This document shows, in pieces, positions 1 through 11,472 of a stretch of 64,000 nucleotides of DNA. The stretch lies in the NCBI RefSeq assembly GCF_006345805.1, contig NC_043004.1, positions 35,712,001-35,776,000 of the forward strand. Reading direction: 5' to 3'. The position numbers and the translations under genes were made by a program. Each line of letters opens with the position of its first letter. Positions within the stretch are counted from its first letter, which is position 1. The notes beneath the pieces are model-generated. The model saw only the letters and a program-made list of their open reading frames with translations. It was not told the DNA's origin and ran no database searches. This stretch comes from Octopus sinensis. Taxonomy: Eukaryota.

Positions 1-290
1 GTTTCTTTTCCCTAATGGCCCTGTCAACTACACTGTTCCACCACCACGATACCTTGGGTCGAGGGGGTCTTTGCACCATCCACAAATCTTGTCAGTAACC
101 CTCAACAGATTGTCCCACAGAAACCTCCAGTTGTCTTCCACATCATGTGATGCTATATCTCCCTCTATTTCTACAAAAGCTTTGAGTAATAAGTCTCTAA
201 ATCTCTGTCTATTCACAGGATCCTTAAGCATCCAAACCCTTCTTTTCCATGCTGGTCATCTTCTGGGCATCCATTTAGCCCTAGGACCAA
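1..290 (-). mobile_element. RTE-clade LINE fragment (linker between endonuclease and RT), runs off window edge
   Basis: Minus strand reads RVWMLKDPVNRQRFRDLLL..VEDNWRFLWDNLLRVTDKICGWCK then, after a frameshift, PKVSWWWNSVVDRAIREKK. This is the typical RTE W..LK / WWWN linker. Confidence 0.8.
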
Positions 291-1039
291 TATCCAAGTA
301 GAAATAGCCACATTGGATTTAAATATGAAATATTGAGTGTACTCTAGCTAATTTTATTAGGTCCATTCCACAAACAATTATTTGAATAACTCATGTCGAT
401 ATCTCTAACTTATGTCATGGGTATATTGAACTTTAAAATTTATAAAGTTTATCATATAAATTGAAAGATATCCTACAGTATCTAAGTGTGTATCTGTATG
501 AAGACCTTTTTGCATTTTGAAATGTTACTGTCTCTTTTTCTTTAAACCTCTTGTTTCATTATCACAATTACAATGCATTTATCTTTATTTAAAAAAATAG
601 CGGTGGGGTCATAGACATATGACAGAGAATTATTCAATATTGTGCTTACTTCTATCAGAATCATTTACATTTTAAGCAAAAAACAAAACCGACGTAAAAC
701 ATATTTCTATTTACTTTCTCTATTCATTCACATATACTGTAGAAATTGTTGTGCATGCATGCACACACAAACACAGAAAATTTCCAAACATTTAGCTGTT
801 CACTTTCAGTTTTAGATAATGGGATGGGGTGGCAAGAGGTGTGTTTATCAATTTTGGAGTTCTTCATAGAAAATTTGAAATTAAAATTCCATATTCTTAA
901 TCTTCATATTTTTCACGAAGATCGAAAAAAAAAATTTGGAAAAGTTAAGAATATAAATTTGGGGTAGGGGTGAATTTATAATGTTAAAAACATGGTTTTT
1001 TTGCATATACAGAATGTCAGTCATCTAAAACATATGAAT

Positions 1040-1560
1040 CCACTGATAAAAAAATAGAATTGGAAGAGTTGTATAAGTGAGGGCTGCAGCCCCTTATATG
1101 GGCAAGGGCCAAAATTTGTATAAAAGGGAAAAAATATTACACTGCTGAAAAAAAAAATCTGAAGTGAAAAGTGAAAGAATAAAAGTGAAACAATATTCTA
1201 GTGTTATCAAAAGTGAAAGAACAATACCACCGAAAAAAAATCAGAAGGATCATATAGGGAGAGAAGGCTACAGTCCCCTATATGGGCAAGGGCCAAAATT
1301 TGACCCCCTTAGAACTTTCCTTGAGTAATGAAAAGCCTTCATGCCAAATTTGGTAATATACTGCTGAAAAATAAATCAGAAGAGTTCTATAGAGTGGGGC
1401 TATAGCCCCTTATATGGGCTAGGGCCAAAATTTGACCCCCCAGGAACCTTCCCGAGTAATGGAAAACCTTCATGCCAAATTTGGTATCGATTGATCCAGT
1501 GGTTTGGCTGTGCATAGAGGAAACACACACACAGACAGAGAATTTTGTAGATATAGATGT
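1040..1560 (+). mobile_element. Helentron/DINE-like non-autonomous element with internal tandem subunits
   Basis: Three copies of GGGCTNCAGCCCCTTATATGGGCAAGGGCCAAAATTTG (~1080, ~1265, ~1397). The end reads CATGCCAAATTTGGT..GATCCAGTGGTTTGGCTG..ACACACAGACAGA..TTTTGTAGATATAGAT, resembling DINE-1/HINE-type ends. Left boundary approximate. Confidence 0.5.
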
Positions 1561-2699
1561 ATGATGGGCTTCTTTCAGTTTCTGCTATTAAAAATGTTTA
1601 TAGCTAATAACCCTTCCACCTCCTCTGTGATATTCGTTTTTATTAAAGGGTCCAGACCTAAAATTTTTGGGGAGGTAGTCAAGTCGATTCTCAACTGGCA
1701 CTTGCCTTACTGACCCCAAAAAGATGAAAGGAAAAGTCAACCATGGCAGAATTTGAACTCAAAACATAAATGTTGCTAAAACATCTTGTATTCTCTGCTA
1801 ACATGTCTACCAGCTTGCTGCCATCATCTCCTGTGTTATATTAAGGTATATATATCATTATATAGTGATAACATGAATAAATGAAACTGCCTGCAATGGA
1901 TTAAGTCAAAATTATTATCATAGTAGGTGTTTTTAATTGCACCTTTACATGTTGACACTTCTCATATAAATTTGAGATATTACCTCACTACATCTTATCA
2001 ATATCTCTCTAAGTTCCTGTTTCCTTGATCAATTTCTTCTCATTTATCTCTGCCACATGGTCTTAATATCATTAATATTGTACTGGTCAAATCATCATAT
2101 AAAGCTGCAATATCTGCAGCTGCTGTGAACAATATTTGAAGATGCCAATATTCATTATGACCATAACTCTCAATATGTCCAGTGAATTCAGACTGAAATG
2201 CATCATATATTGAAGTCACACACACACACACCGTTTCAATATCTTGTACTTTCACTGGTTAGAATCATAAATAATGCAGCATGGTTCTGTCCCTGTTTGA
2301 TTAATTAGCACACACTTCTGATAATTCCTTGACCTTTAGGGCTGACTGCAAAAACAATCAATCACAGCTGGTATGAGAACTCATAATGCATAACGACGAT
2401 ATTTATTAAGCATGTAAGTATAAGACAATCATGAGATAAAGAGGAATGCAACGTCAAAATATAAACCAGTGAGTCTTTGGTTGAGCAAGCGAGGTACAAG
2501 AAATTATCTGAATTTTGCATTCTAAATGGTCAATTCATTGTAAATACATAAATAAATAGTGGTGGGTGGGTTTATCCAAAGAAATCTGACAGACTAGCAA
2601 AGTAATTTCTTTAAATAATTAGTCTTGATGCTTCATTTATTAATCTACCTTTTAGATTGGTATTTTCTGTGTTTCATCTGTAGAGAATTAGACAATTCT

Positions 2700-4390
2700 A
2701 AATAAAATCCCATGTAGTGATTCTATGTTGAAATGTTCCATTAGTGATGATATCTTGTATTTTATGTTCCTATTCTGCCTGTGTATATTAATCTACTTGC
2801 AGAATAACCCACACCAATAACTTCTTCAAGAGACAAACTACTGTTCATTATTGGAAGATGGATCATTTTTTACCTCTTAACTCTCTGGCATCAAATAGAT
2901 TAGCACAAGTCTTCAGAAGTATCATAATTCAGGAATTTATTTACTTTTTGTATAGAGATGTTTATTACAAACCACACTTTGTGTGCATCAATAATCCTCT
3001 TGGCTTATTAGAATTAACTGCATTAATAGTTTGACTAATGTAAGTATATTGCTTAATGAATGCACCCTCCGATTCTATTTGATCTGATCTTCCGACGTTA
3101 ACTGTTAGAGGGCAGCTGCTGACTTTATTTTGTCCGAGAATAGTTTTATTTTGACGTCAGTGGAAATCTGACCTAATTGAAAGTGATGTTCAAATGTTAA
3201 AACCAAATTTTAATCATTAACTCTTAGTCTGACTTTGTTTCAGTTATAGGCAAGAACTTTCTGCTGACATGAGTTTCCTTAAGAGGCTGCTTGACACTTT
3301 CATGCCATAGCGCATAAAATTTCTCAATCTGATTTTTAGTAGGCAATAAAGGGCCAGGCTTGTGATAATGGTAGGCCAGGCTGTTATTCATAAAATACAA
3401 ATCTCACTGTTCTTACACTCTCCGGCAAGAAACAATACAACAGAATTAAAAGGATTCAGTTAGGAAGATACTTAAAGGATTTATGAATGCAATTAACTGA
3501 AGCACGTGGAGAGGAAGTTGTTTGGATTTTCTAATGAGACACTACATCATAAAAAACGCAAACCTATCAATTTTAACGAATTGGTTTTGGATGTGATTTA
3601 TAGACTGAATAAAGAATAGTAGTTTTGCTTTCTTTCTAAATTCAAATAGTACTTTAAGTATAATTCGAACAGTTGTTATGTCAAGCAGTGACATAAACTC
3701 ATACTTGTGGTAACTTTCATTACCTCTGAGAACCGAATTTAATAGCAATTCTTCAATAGATAGAAAATGCTTAATCAGTGCCTTAAGACCTGTTTCAAAT
3801 TAGATGGCACTTATCGATCTGCCTGACAATGAAAGTGTGGGTTTCAAATCTCTGACATTTTCTTGTATAAACATTTAATGGAAAATGTTTATGGAGATAA
3901 GCAGAAAACCAAGCAAAGAGAAATTGGGTAATATAACTTTAATTCCATCATTGTTACTTAATTGAACTTCTTACTTTTGTCAATGAGGCTAGCAGTTCTG
4001 TAGAGAAGAACTTCACCATTTACTGTCAGGGATTTCCTGTTTATGTTCCAGATTAATTTTTGGATCATTAAGTTAAGCTGACATAGTGGGTCAGTACTCT
4101 GAAACTCTTTGGATTAGCATCAAAAGCTGTGAATAGTTGTTTTAGTCTTCGTATGACTTGAGAGAATATTGTGAAAGTAATAAATATCAGTGAACAGAGA
4201 TTTGTCTTTAACACAGTTTCAAATTCTAGCACAATTTGATCAAAGGTAAAGCACAAAATCCTTTTTAGCTTATAATTCTGATGACAACAGCTTGAAGGAA
4301 TCAGACAAAATCCTCAGCAGCAAATTTCTTTCATTAATTAGACTAGCTTAAGGTGACCTGCTCTATGCACAGGTGAGGGTGTGGTTGTTA
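2700..4390 (-). pseudogene. Highly decayed L1/Tx1-like ORF2 (RT C-terminal half to zinc-knuckle region)
   Basis: Interrupted minus frames show motif relics in the expected order and spacing: CFTFDQIVL (~LFADD), KSFRVLTHY (~F.YLG), IQKLIWNINRKSLTVNGEVLLYRT (~W..K.LS..GR.LL), TLSLSG...LKALIKH, and TKCG..KHLY (~C..C..HL). Many stops and frameshifts. Confidence 0.4.
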
Positions 4391-6249
4391 CTTTCTGTTG
4401 CTTCCTTTCTGTTTCTTATCATCACATTCTCTCTCTTTGTTTCTCTCTCACTTTCCCACTCTCTTACTCTTCCTTTCTCTCGGACTATACCTTGCTTTCT
4501 CTTACACATGCACATAAAATCACAAAAATAATTCAAAATTACTTAAAATTTTGTGAAATTTGATACTTTTTTCTGGTATATTTTGATGGTTAATGATGCA
4601 AATGAAAGCTAAGATTTTGGCCTTTAACACAATGCCATTTTACCCATGTCAACCAAATAATGTAAACAGAAAAATATTATATCTAAAGATAGGGCAAAAA
4701 TGTACTCTTTTTAAAAGTTAAAAAATTTAACCCCACTTTCCCAATTTCCCCAAATTTTTACAACCACAATTAAAGATAATCGCCTCTAGCCCCTGCAGCA
4801 ACACGAAAAGCCACCATTATTCAAACAGCGCAACCTGTCTATCCTGTAAAACTCAATTTTTCCCTTATTCGTCACCATGGCAACCAAACAGTAGCCCTGA
4901 GCGACTTGCAACCCTCTTCACACCATTGCCCCGCCCCGTATAAATTTTGCTGCCAATCCGTTCCCATCCCAAAATGAGACAAATAACCAGGAAATCAAAT
5001 AACTTTTTCGCATTTCAGCTTTATAGATATTGTCAATGAATCTAGTTTGGTTTTTATGTTTTGAATATAGAATGGATTTAAGTCTAAGAATCACACCTGT
5101 TGGGAACACATTTGGTTGGAGACTAATTAGTTACCCATTCTGTATGCAAGAAGGATTTCAGGTCATTGAAGAAACGGCTACATGGTCAGCCAGCATGCTA
5201 GAAATAACAACCAAATTACCATAGGCATGGATACAGTTAGGCTAAAAACATAAGATAGGATGGTTATTGTTGGGACACTTTTGGTCATAGTCTTTTGCAC
5301 AAGGGGTGGCCTGGGGTTAATCAATTAGAGTAACAATCTGAATTTGAAATTAGAATAGGCTAATATTGGAAGAAATAATAATAAGTTTTTTGAGGCAGAT
5401 GTGATTAACCGAATGGAAAATTAAGCAGAAAAGAAACTTTGAAATTTGGTATAGGACATTTGGCATTGGGCATGAAACGAGAAAAAAGAAGAGGAAACTA
5501 AACTCAGTAACTGTAGATTACTTAGATGGAAATCTTGTAGTAGAAGATTTGTCTCATCAATTATAATGGAACAGTGCAGTGTTGTTGTGTACTTCTGTAG
5601 TTAGAGACACACAGACACACACTATTGTTGTTAGCTTTTCTTATTTAAAGTTAAATATAGACTAAATTGAGAAGTCTTTGACTCACTAGTTAAATTTAAC
5701 TGCATTTTCAAGCTGTTTGCCAGGTAAGGTGTGAAATTATATCAAATCCCCTTTAAATCGTACTTTTCCATCATAAGAACACTTTTCATAACGTAGTGCT
5801 GTATACATGAATAATTATTTTCATGGCACCTAGTTTACACTCCATTAACAAAGTACTAATATCTGATAACGAGATGAAATAGGACATAATATTTAGCTTA
5901 CTATCTAGTCATATTCAAATACCTGCTAATGGAATTGAACTTAAAACCCTATGAGTCAGTAGTAGAAGGCCCTGTCCCTGCAGATATTTGTTCACCACAT
6001 TGTTCAATATGATTGCAAACATGTCGGCAGCAACAACAAGGAGGAATTCAGTTTCTTCATATTCATCTATTTATACAAATGTATCCATCAGTTGAATTAT
6101 ATTTCGAATACAGTAACAGAGGTGTGGATCTATAAATATCATCCCCGCCATCGTTAGCGTCGTCATCCACATAATTCTCATTATCTCTACCAGCAGCAGT
6201 AACATTTTGTAAATTGGACAATAGTAATCCAGCAATGACAAAAGTAACG

Positions 6250-7560
6250 AAGTTCAGTCAGTAGTCTGTTACATGTACTTAAATACCCCTTCATGTAATT
6301 AATACGAAATATATCTGCAGTATATACTCTGATATATGCCCCGGAGAATAATATATGCTGGAACATTTATACTACTTCTGATATTACCAATGGCATTAGA
6401 TCTTCTCTTTAACAGCAGATAACTCAACATGTGATATTGTCAGTGAGAAACGTTTATGGAATACGCTGAATTAATCAACTCCACAAGCAGGATAGACTTT
6501 TAAATTTCATCAATATATCTTGTAACTTTTCAAGGGGAACAGGAAGATAAGTAGTTGGGCTGGAATGAGGATTTTGTGATATTCATCACTTTTCCTAAGA
6601 ATCCAAACGCAAATGCAACATCTAAACCTCAGAAATATTGCCACAGAATAGTGTTTGTCATGAAAAAAATATATTTGTACAGTTATGAATCTCTGAAGGT
6701 GACCTTAAATATAATCATGTATAATACGTTGGATTGTTAGTTGCAGTTGGTGATGCTATCTGTTTGGTAAGTATTAAAAGATCAATACAGCTGCAGAACT
6801 GATACAAAGCAGGACCAAATGTTCTGCAGTATTTAGTTGCACCTTAAACTATGCTTATTCTGCTGAGAGTAACTTTATCTTTCAGCCCATCAATGTTAAT
6901 GTGCCAATTAAACAGTGGAGGGGATTTACTTTGCTTGCACCCCTTTTCAATTTGTAGCCTCATATCAATGTTAGAAATAATGATTCCTTCAGAACTAATT
7001 TCATTAAACTCTAACCTTGTTCATACAATTCTAGCCATAAAAATCTATCTCTGCTCCAACAATTGCGAACATAACAATGGTCGTCCTGTGTATAATTAAT
7101 ATACTTTTCAGATTGTTGGTGAAGTCTTTTTCTAAATTTACTCATTTTCCCCAACTACACAGGTTACAATACTACAATTCTTTGGTGTAATTTCATTGTC
7201 CCTATTTTCGCAAGAACACTTAGGTCTCTGCTTTGATGGAGAGATCTAATACAACCAAAACATTCCAGACTTGTGTACCATACTTGTTGAAATGATTTAA
7301 AAATATTATTGGTTATTTCCTTCATGTTCCCATTACCTCACCATATTTGTATTGCAAACATCAAAAATTGGATTGTGCTAATCTATATGTTTGCTCCCAT
7401 TTAAAATCCTTACAGAGTCTGGCTTCTCTCTCTATTTTCTGACTCCACAACTACCAGGATTGACATTGCTTTCATCTCTTTAGAATTGGTAAATTAAATA
7501 TTGAACAAGAACATTATTGCTCTCCAAGAAATTTGCATCTTTGTACCAATACAAGACATC
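6250..7560 (-). pseudogene. Highly decayed non-LTR RT (L2/CR1/RTE-like superclade)
   Basis: Ordered relics on minus: Q..GF..G...ST (~7430), IFKSFQQVWY (~KAFD.VWH, ~7290), IEKGCKQSKSPPLFN (~GV.QG..LSP.LFN, ~6930), LYQFC..IDLLI.TK, and VAFAFGFLG (~V..FKYLG, ~6600). Confidence 0.5.
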
Positions 7561-7929
7561 AAAAATATATTTTGTTAAAACAGAAATAATTTTTTAATAT
7601 TTCTCTCATATTTTTCTAATAATAACAATTTCAGTAAATATAGCATAAATATAATAATTTTGTGCTTTAGACTAATTCAATAATATCATTTATTCTTTTA
7701 CTTCTTTCAGTGATGGAACTGCAGCCAAGCCAGGGCATTGCCTTTAAGTATCGACACCAATAATCATTTCAGACTGATATTTATTTTATCGATCTTTTAT
7801 TATCAAACTGTTAAGTTACATGGCATTAAGAGACACTGCCATGAATTGAACCAATTTTAGATGTAAACATAAAACATAGCAGAGACAGAAACACTGTGAT
7901 ACAGACGCTCTCACACACACACATATATA

Positions 7930-8107
7930 TATATACAAACATGTACATATGTGTGTGGGTGTGTGTATGTGTGTGTGTGTGCATGTGTGTGTGTGTGTGA
8001 GAAACGATGACGACGACAATGATGATTCAAATACAAATTAAAAGTAGCACTAGTTTTGCAAAGATTATTGACCATACATGCACTGAGTATTTGCAGTCAG
8101 TAATATA
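7930..8107 (+). repeat. Left copy of direct repeat flanking the Tc1
   Basis: TATATACAAACATGTACATAT..GAAACGATGACGACGACAATGATGATTCAA..AAAAGTAGCACTAGTTTTGCAAAGATTATTGACCATAC..GCAGTCAGTAATATA, repeated at 9763-9920. Confidence 0.9.
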
Positions 8108-9762
8108 CAGTTGCGGCCAAAATGTTCAGAACGGCATTGTTTTTGTCAAAAAAGTAGGTATAAGTTTTTATCAAAGTTGTTTTATATTCTATAATTTTCA
8201 CACACAATAAATACAATATTAATTGGTATTGTATGAGATTTTGGTGTAATTGGAGTGAATAATACAAAAGTTATGGATGATATAGTGATTTAGTGCAAAA
8301 CCCATGGAGGCCAAAATGATCAGAACGGTTGAAAAAATAACAAAATAATCAAAAATGACAGAGAATGCTGGAATTATTTCATATTTAGTGTGAAGCCCTT
8401 TAGCTTCAATCAAACTTTGATATCTTCGACTGCATGAGGAAATTAAATTTTCAATTTCTTGCTGGGTGATCTTGTTCCATTCTTCCTGAAGGGCATTCCA
8501 TAATTGCTCGGTTGTTTTAGGATTTCTGGCTTCCGAACGTTCTCCAGGAGACCTGGATGTTGTCTTTCCGACTCCAGCACATGTTTTCAATAGGATTGAG
8601 ATCTGGGCTTTGAGCAGGCCAGTCCATAACAATAACCTTTTCAGCTTTGAGGAAGTTCATGACCGCCTTAGCCTTGTGACATGGGGCATTGTCCTGCATG
8701 AATATGGGTGGTCGCTTAGTTGAATTTCTCAGCACAGGCAAGACATGATCTTTTACAAGTTGTTTATAAACTCCTGCATTTACCTTTCCATGTAATCGTA
8801 CCAAAGGGCCCACAACATCTCCAGATATCATCCCCCAAACCATGATACTTCCTTCACCGAATTTAACACTAGTCTTAAGGCATTTAGGCAACAATTTTTC
8901 CCCTGTTTTTCAACGAACGTACCTTTTCCCATCTGAGCCAAATAACATAGACTTAGATTCATCACTGAAATGCACCGCTTACCATTTTTCTTGAGACCAC
9001 AACACATGTTCGGTTGCAAAGGTAAGACAACACTTTTTATTGTTGGAGCAGATCAATGGCTTCACTGCAGGTGCTCTTGCTTGTAGGTCATGTTCAACTA
9101 AACGATGAGACACAGTTTTTCGAGATAAAGTTTTCTTTAGTACAATGCTCATTTCCCGAGAAACAGCAGCAGCAGCAGTTTTAAATCTGTCCTTTTTAAC
9201 CAACTTTACCATAGCATGATCTTCTCTCTTGGTTGTTTTTCTTGGCCTACCTGCAGACTTTCTTGCTTCAAACGAACCACCATCATCGTAGACCTTAAGA
9301 ATACTGTGAACAACGCTTTTTGACTTGTTAACAAACTTTGCAATAGACCCAATACTTAAATTATCCTTCTTTCGAAGCTTAATAATCTGCTGACGAATTG
9401 GTAACGGAGTAAATGGCATTATATTAACAAAGTACACTGCAGATATTCTTAAGGCGTGTTTAGTAAATGAACCGTCATGTAAACAAATTCAAAACATTAG
9501 AGTTCACTAGTTAAATATACTAAAACATGGAGTAAAAGCAACCGTTCTGATCATTTTGGCCGCAATAGGTTTTGCTGTAAATCGATAAATCATCCATAAC
9601 TTTTGTATTATCCTCTCAAGTTACACCAAAATCTCAGACAATAACAAATAATATCGTATTTATTGTCTGTGAAAATTCTAGAATATAAAACAACTTTGAT
9701 AAAAAATCATATCTACTTTTCTGACGAAAACAATGCCGTTCTGAATATTTTGGCTGCAACTG
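8108..9762 (-). mobile_element. Full-length Tc1/mariner DNA transposon (1655 bp), TA-flanked, 224-bp TIRs of IR/DR type
   Basis: TA|CAGTTGCGGCCAAAATGTTCAGAACGG at 8108 and CCGTTCTGAATATTTTGGCTGCAACTG|TA ending at 9762. TIRs 8108-8331 and 9539-9762 align along their length, each with an inner repeat GGCCAAAATGATCAGAACGG. Confidence 0.95.
8381..9437 (-). pseudogene. Tc1 transposase, DD34E, frameshifted
   Basis: ORF pieces 8979-9437 (HTH, AGRPRKTT), FSDESK, 8517-8894 (VWGMIS..FMQDNAPCH..WPAQSPDLNPIE, with 34 residues between D and E) and 8219-8632 (LQEEWNKI..LISS..RR...AKG.HTKY). Confidence 0.92.
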
Positions 9763-9920
9763 TATATACAAACATGTACATATATGTGTGTGGGTGTGTG
9801 CATGTGTGTGTGTGAAACGATGACGACGACAATGATGATTCAAGTATAAATTAAAAGTAGCACTAGTTTTGCAAAGATTATTGACCATACATACACTGAG
9901 TTTGTGCAGTCAGTAATATA
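9763..9920 (+). repeat. Right copy of direct repeat flanking the Tc1
   Basis: Same sequence as 7930-8107 with a shorter (TG)n and a few substitutions. It starts exactly at the TA after the right TIR. Confidence 0.9.
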
Positions 9921-10273
9921 TGTATGCATGTGTATATGTATAAATATGTGTGTGTGTGTGTGTGTGTATTAAAAATGGGGAAGGCAGGTTTACTGGATTA
10001 CCTTAGGCTTCCCATACATAAAAGGTTTAGCTTTATGGCGTATTGTCAGATCCCAAATACTGCTTTATATCTTAGAGTGTGCTTCTCCTGGTTTTATATT
10101 TTTTACTGGTGATATATATATATATATACACACATATATATGTACTACAGATATATATATATATATGTATTACACATACACAAATACACATACATACTTG
10201 GAAATGGATACATCACATTCAATTAAATAATAAATAATATATATACATATATAATATATATTATATATAATAT

Positions 10274-10330
<57 letters not shown>

Positions 10331-11472
10331 ACCTAATGTCTGGCGTAGCAGCACCATAGTCAACTGCTACAAGGATAAAGGTGATAGAAATAACTACAGT
10401 GGTATCAAACTGCTGGATCAGGTGATAAAGGTCACGGAGAGGGTCATAGCCCATCTCATTAGGGAGAGAGTCTGCTTAGATGAGATGCAGTTCGGTTTTG
10501 TGCCAGGTAGAAGCACCACTGATGCTATATTCCTGGTTCGACAACTGCAGGAGAAATACCTAGCTAAAGATAAACTCCTGTACTTAGCTTTTGTGGACTT
10601 AGAGAAGGCCTTTGACAGGGCCCCTTATCCCTTATCTGGAGGGCAATGTGGAAACTGGGGTTGATGAATGGTTAATAAGGGCTGTACAGGCCCTATACAG
10701 AGAGGTCATTAGTAAGGTTAGGATTGGCAGTGAGTATAGTGAAGAATTCCAGGTAGAAGTAAGGGTCCACCAAGGATCAGCCCTCAGTCCCCTTTTATTC
10801 ATCATAGTCCTCCAAGCAATAACAGAAAAATTCAAGATGCGTTGCCCCTGGGAGCTCCTCTATGCTGATGACCTGGCTCCCATAGCAGAATCACTACCAG
10901 AACTAGAGAAGAAATTTTGGATGTGGAAGCAAAGTTTAGAATCAAAAGGCTTTAGAGTCAATGTAGCAAAGACCAAAGTTCTAGTAAGTAGGAAGGCAAA
11001 CACACCACACACCCCTTCAGGTAGGTGGCCCTGCTCGATCTGTAGAAAAGGTATAGGTAGAAACTCCATAAGATGTACCCAGTGTAAACTATGGACACAT
11101 AAGAGGTGCAGCAATATCAAAGGAAGATTAACCAGGCAGATAGCTTTTGTGTGCAGCAGATGCACAGGGGTAATCACAGATGCTCAGAAAACAGATTCCA
11201 TCACACTCCAAGAGAAGAAACTAAAAGTAGTTGATAGCTTCCACTACCCAGGTGACCAAGTTAGTAGTAGGGGTGGATGCTCAGAGAGTGTCACCACTAG
11301 AATAAGAATAGCCTGGGCAAAGTTTAGAAAACTTTTACCCCTGCTGGTGACAAAGGTTCTCTCGTTCAGAGTGAAAGGTAGATTGTACGATGCATGTGTG
11401 CAAACTGCCATGCTTCACGGCAGTGAAACATGGGCTGTGACTGCTGAGGACATGCATAGGCTTGAAAGAAAT
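10331..11472 (+). mobile_element. RTE-clade LINE internal fragment: RT domain with PHD-like insertion, one frameshift near 10620
   Basis: WRSSTIVNCYK..NYSGIKLL; MQFGFVPGRSTTDAIF; FVDLEKAFDR; VHQGSALSPLLF; LLYADDL; FRVNVAKTKV; CSIC..CTQC..H..C..CSRC; SFHYPGD; AMLHGSETW. Confidence 0.95.

Noticed and set aside
2700-4390. Possible endogenous RNA-virus gene or MULE transposase
   Set aside because: No RdRp or DDE motif was recoverable, and the motif order fits an L1/Tx1 RT C-terminus better. The assignment remains low confidence.
5950-7560. Cys-rich interrupted minus-strand frames that first looked like an endogenous viral glycoprotein
   Set aside because: The same frames contain ordered non-LTR RT motif relics (KSFQQVWY, KGCKQ..SPPLFN, FGFLG), so a decayed LINE is the simpler explanation.
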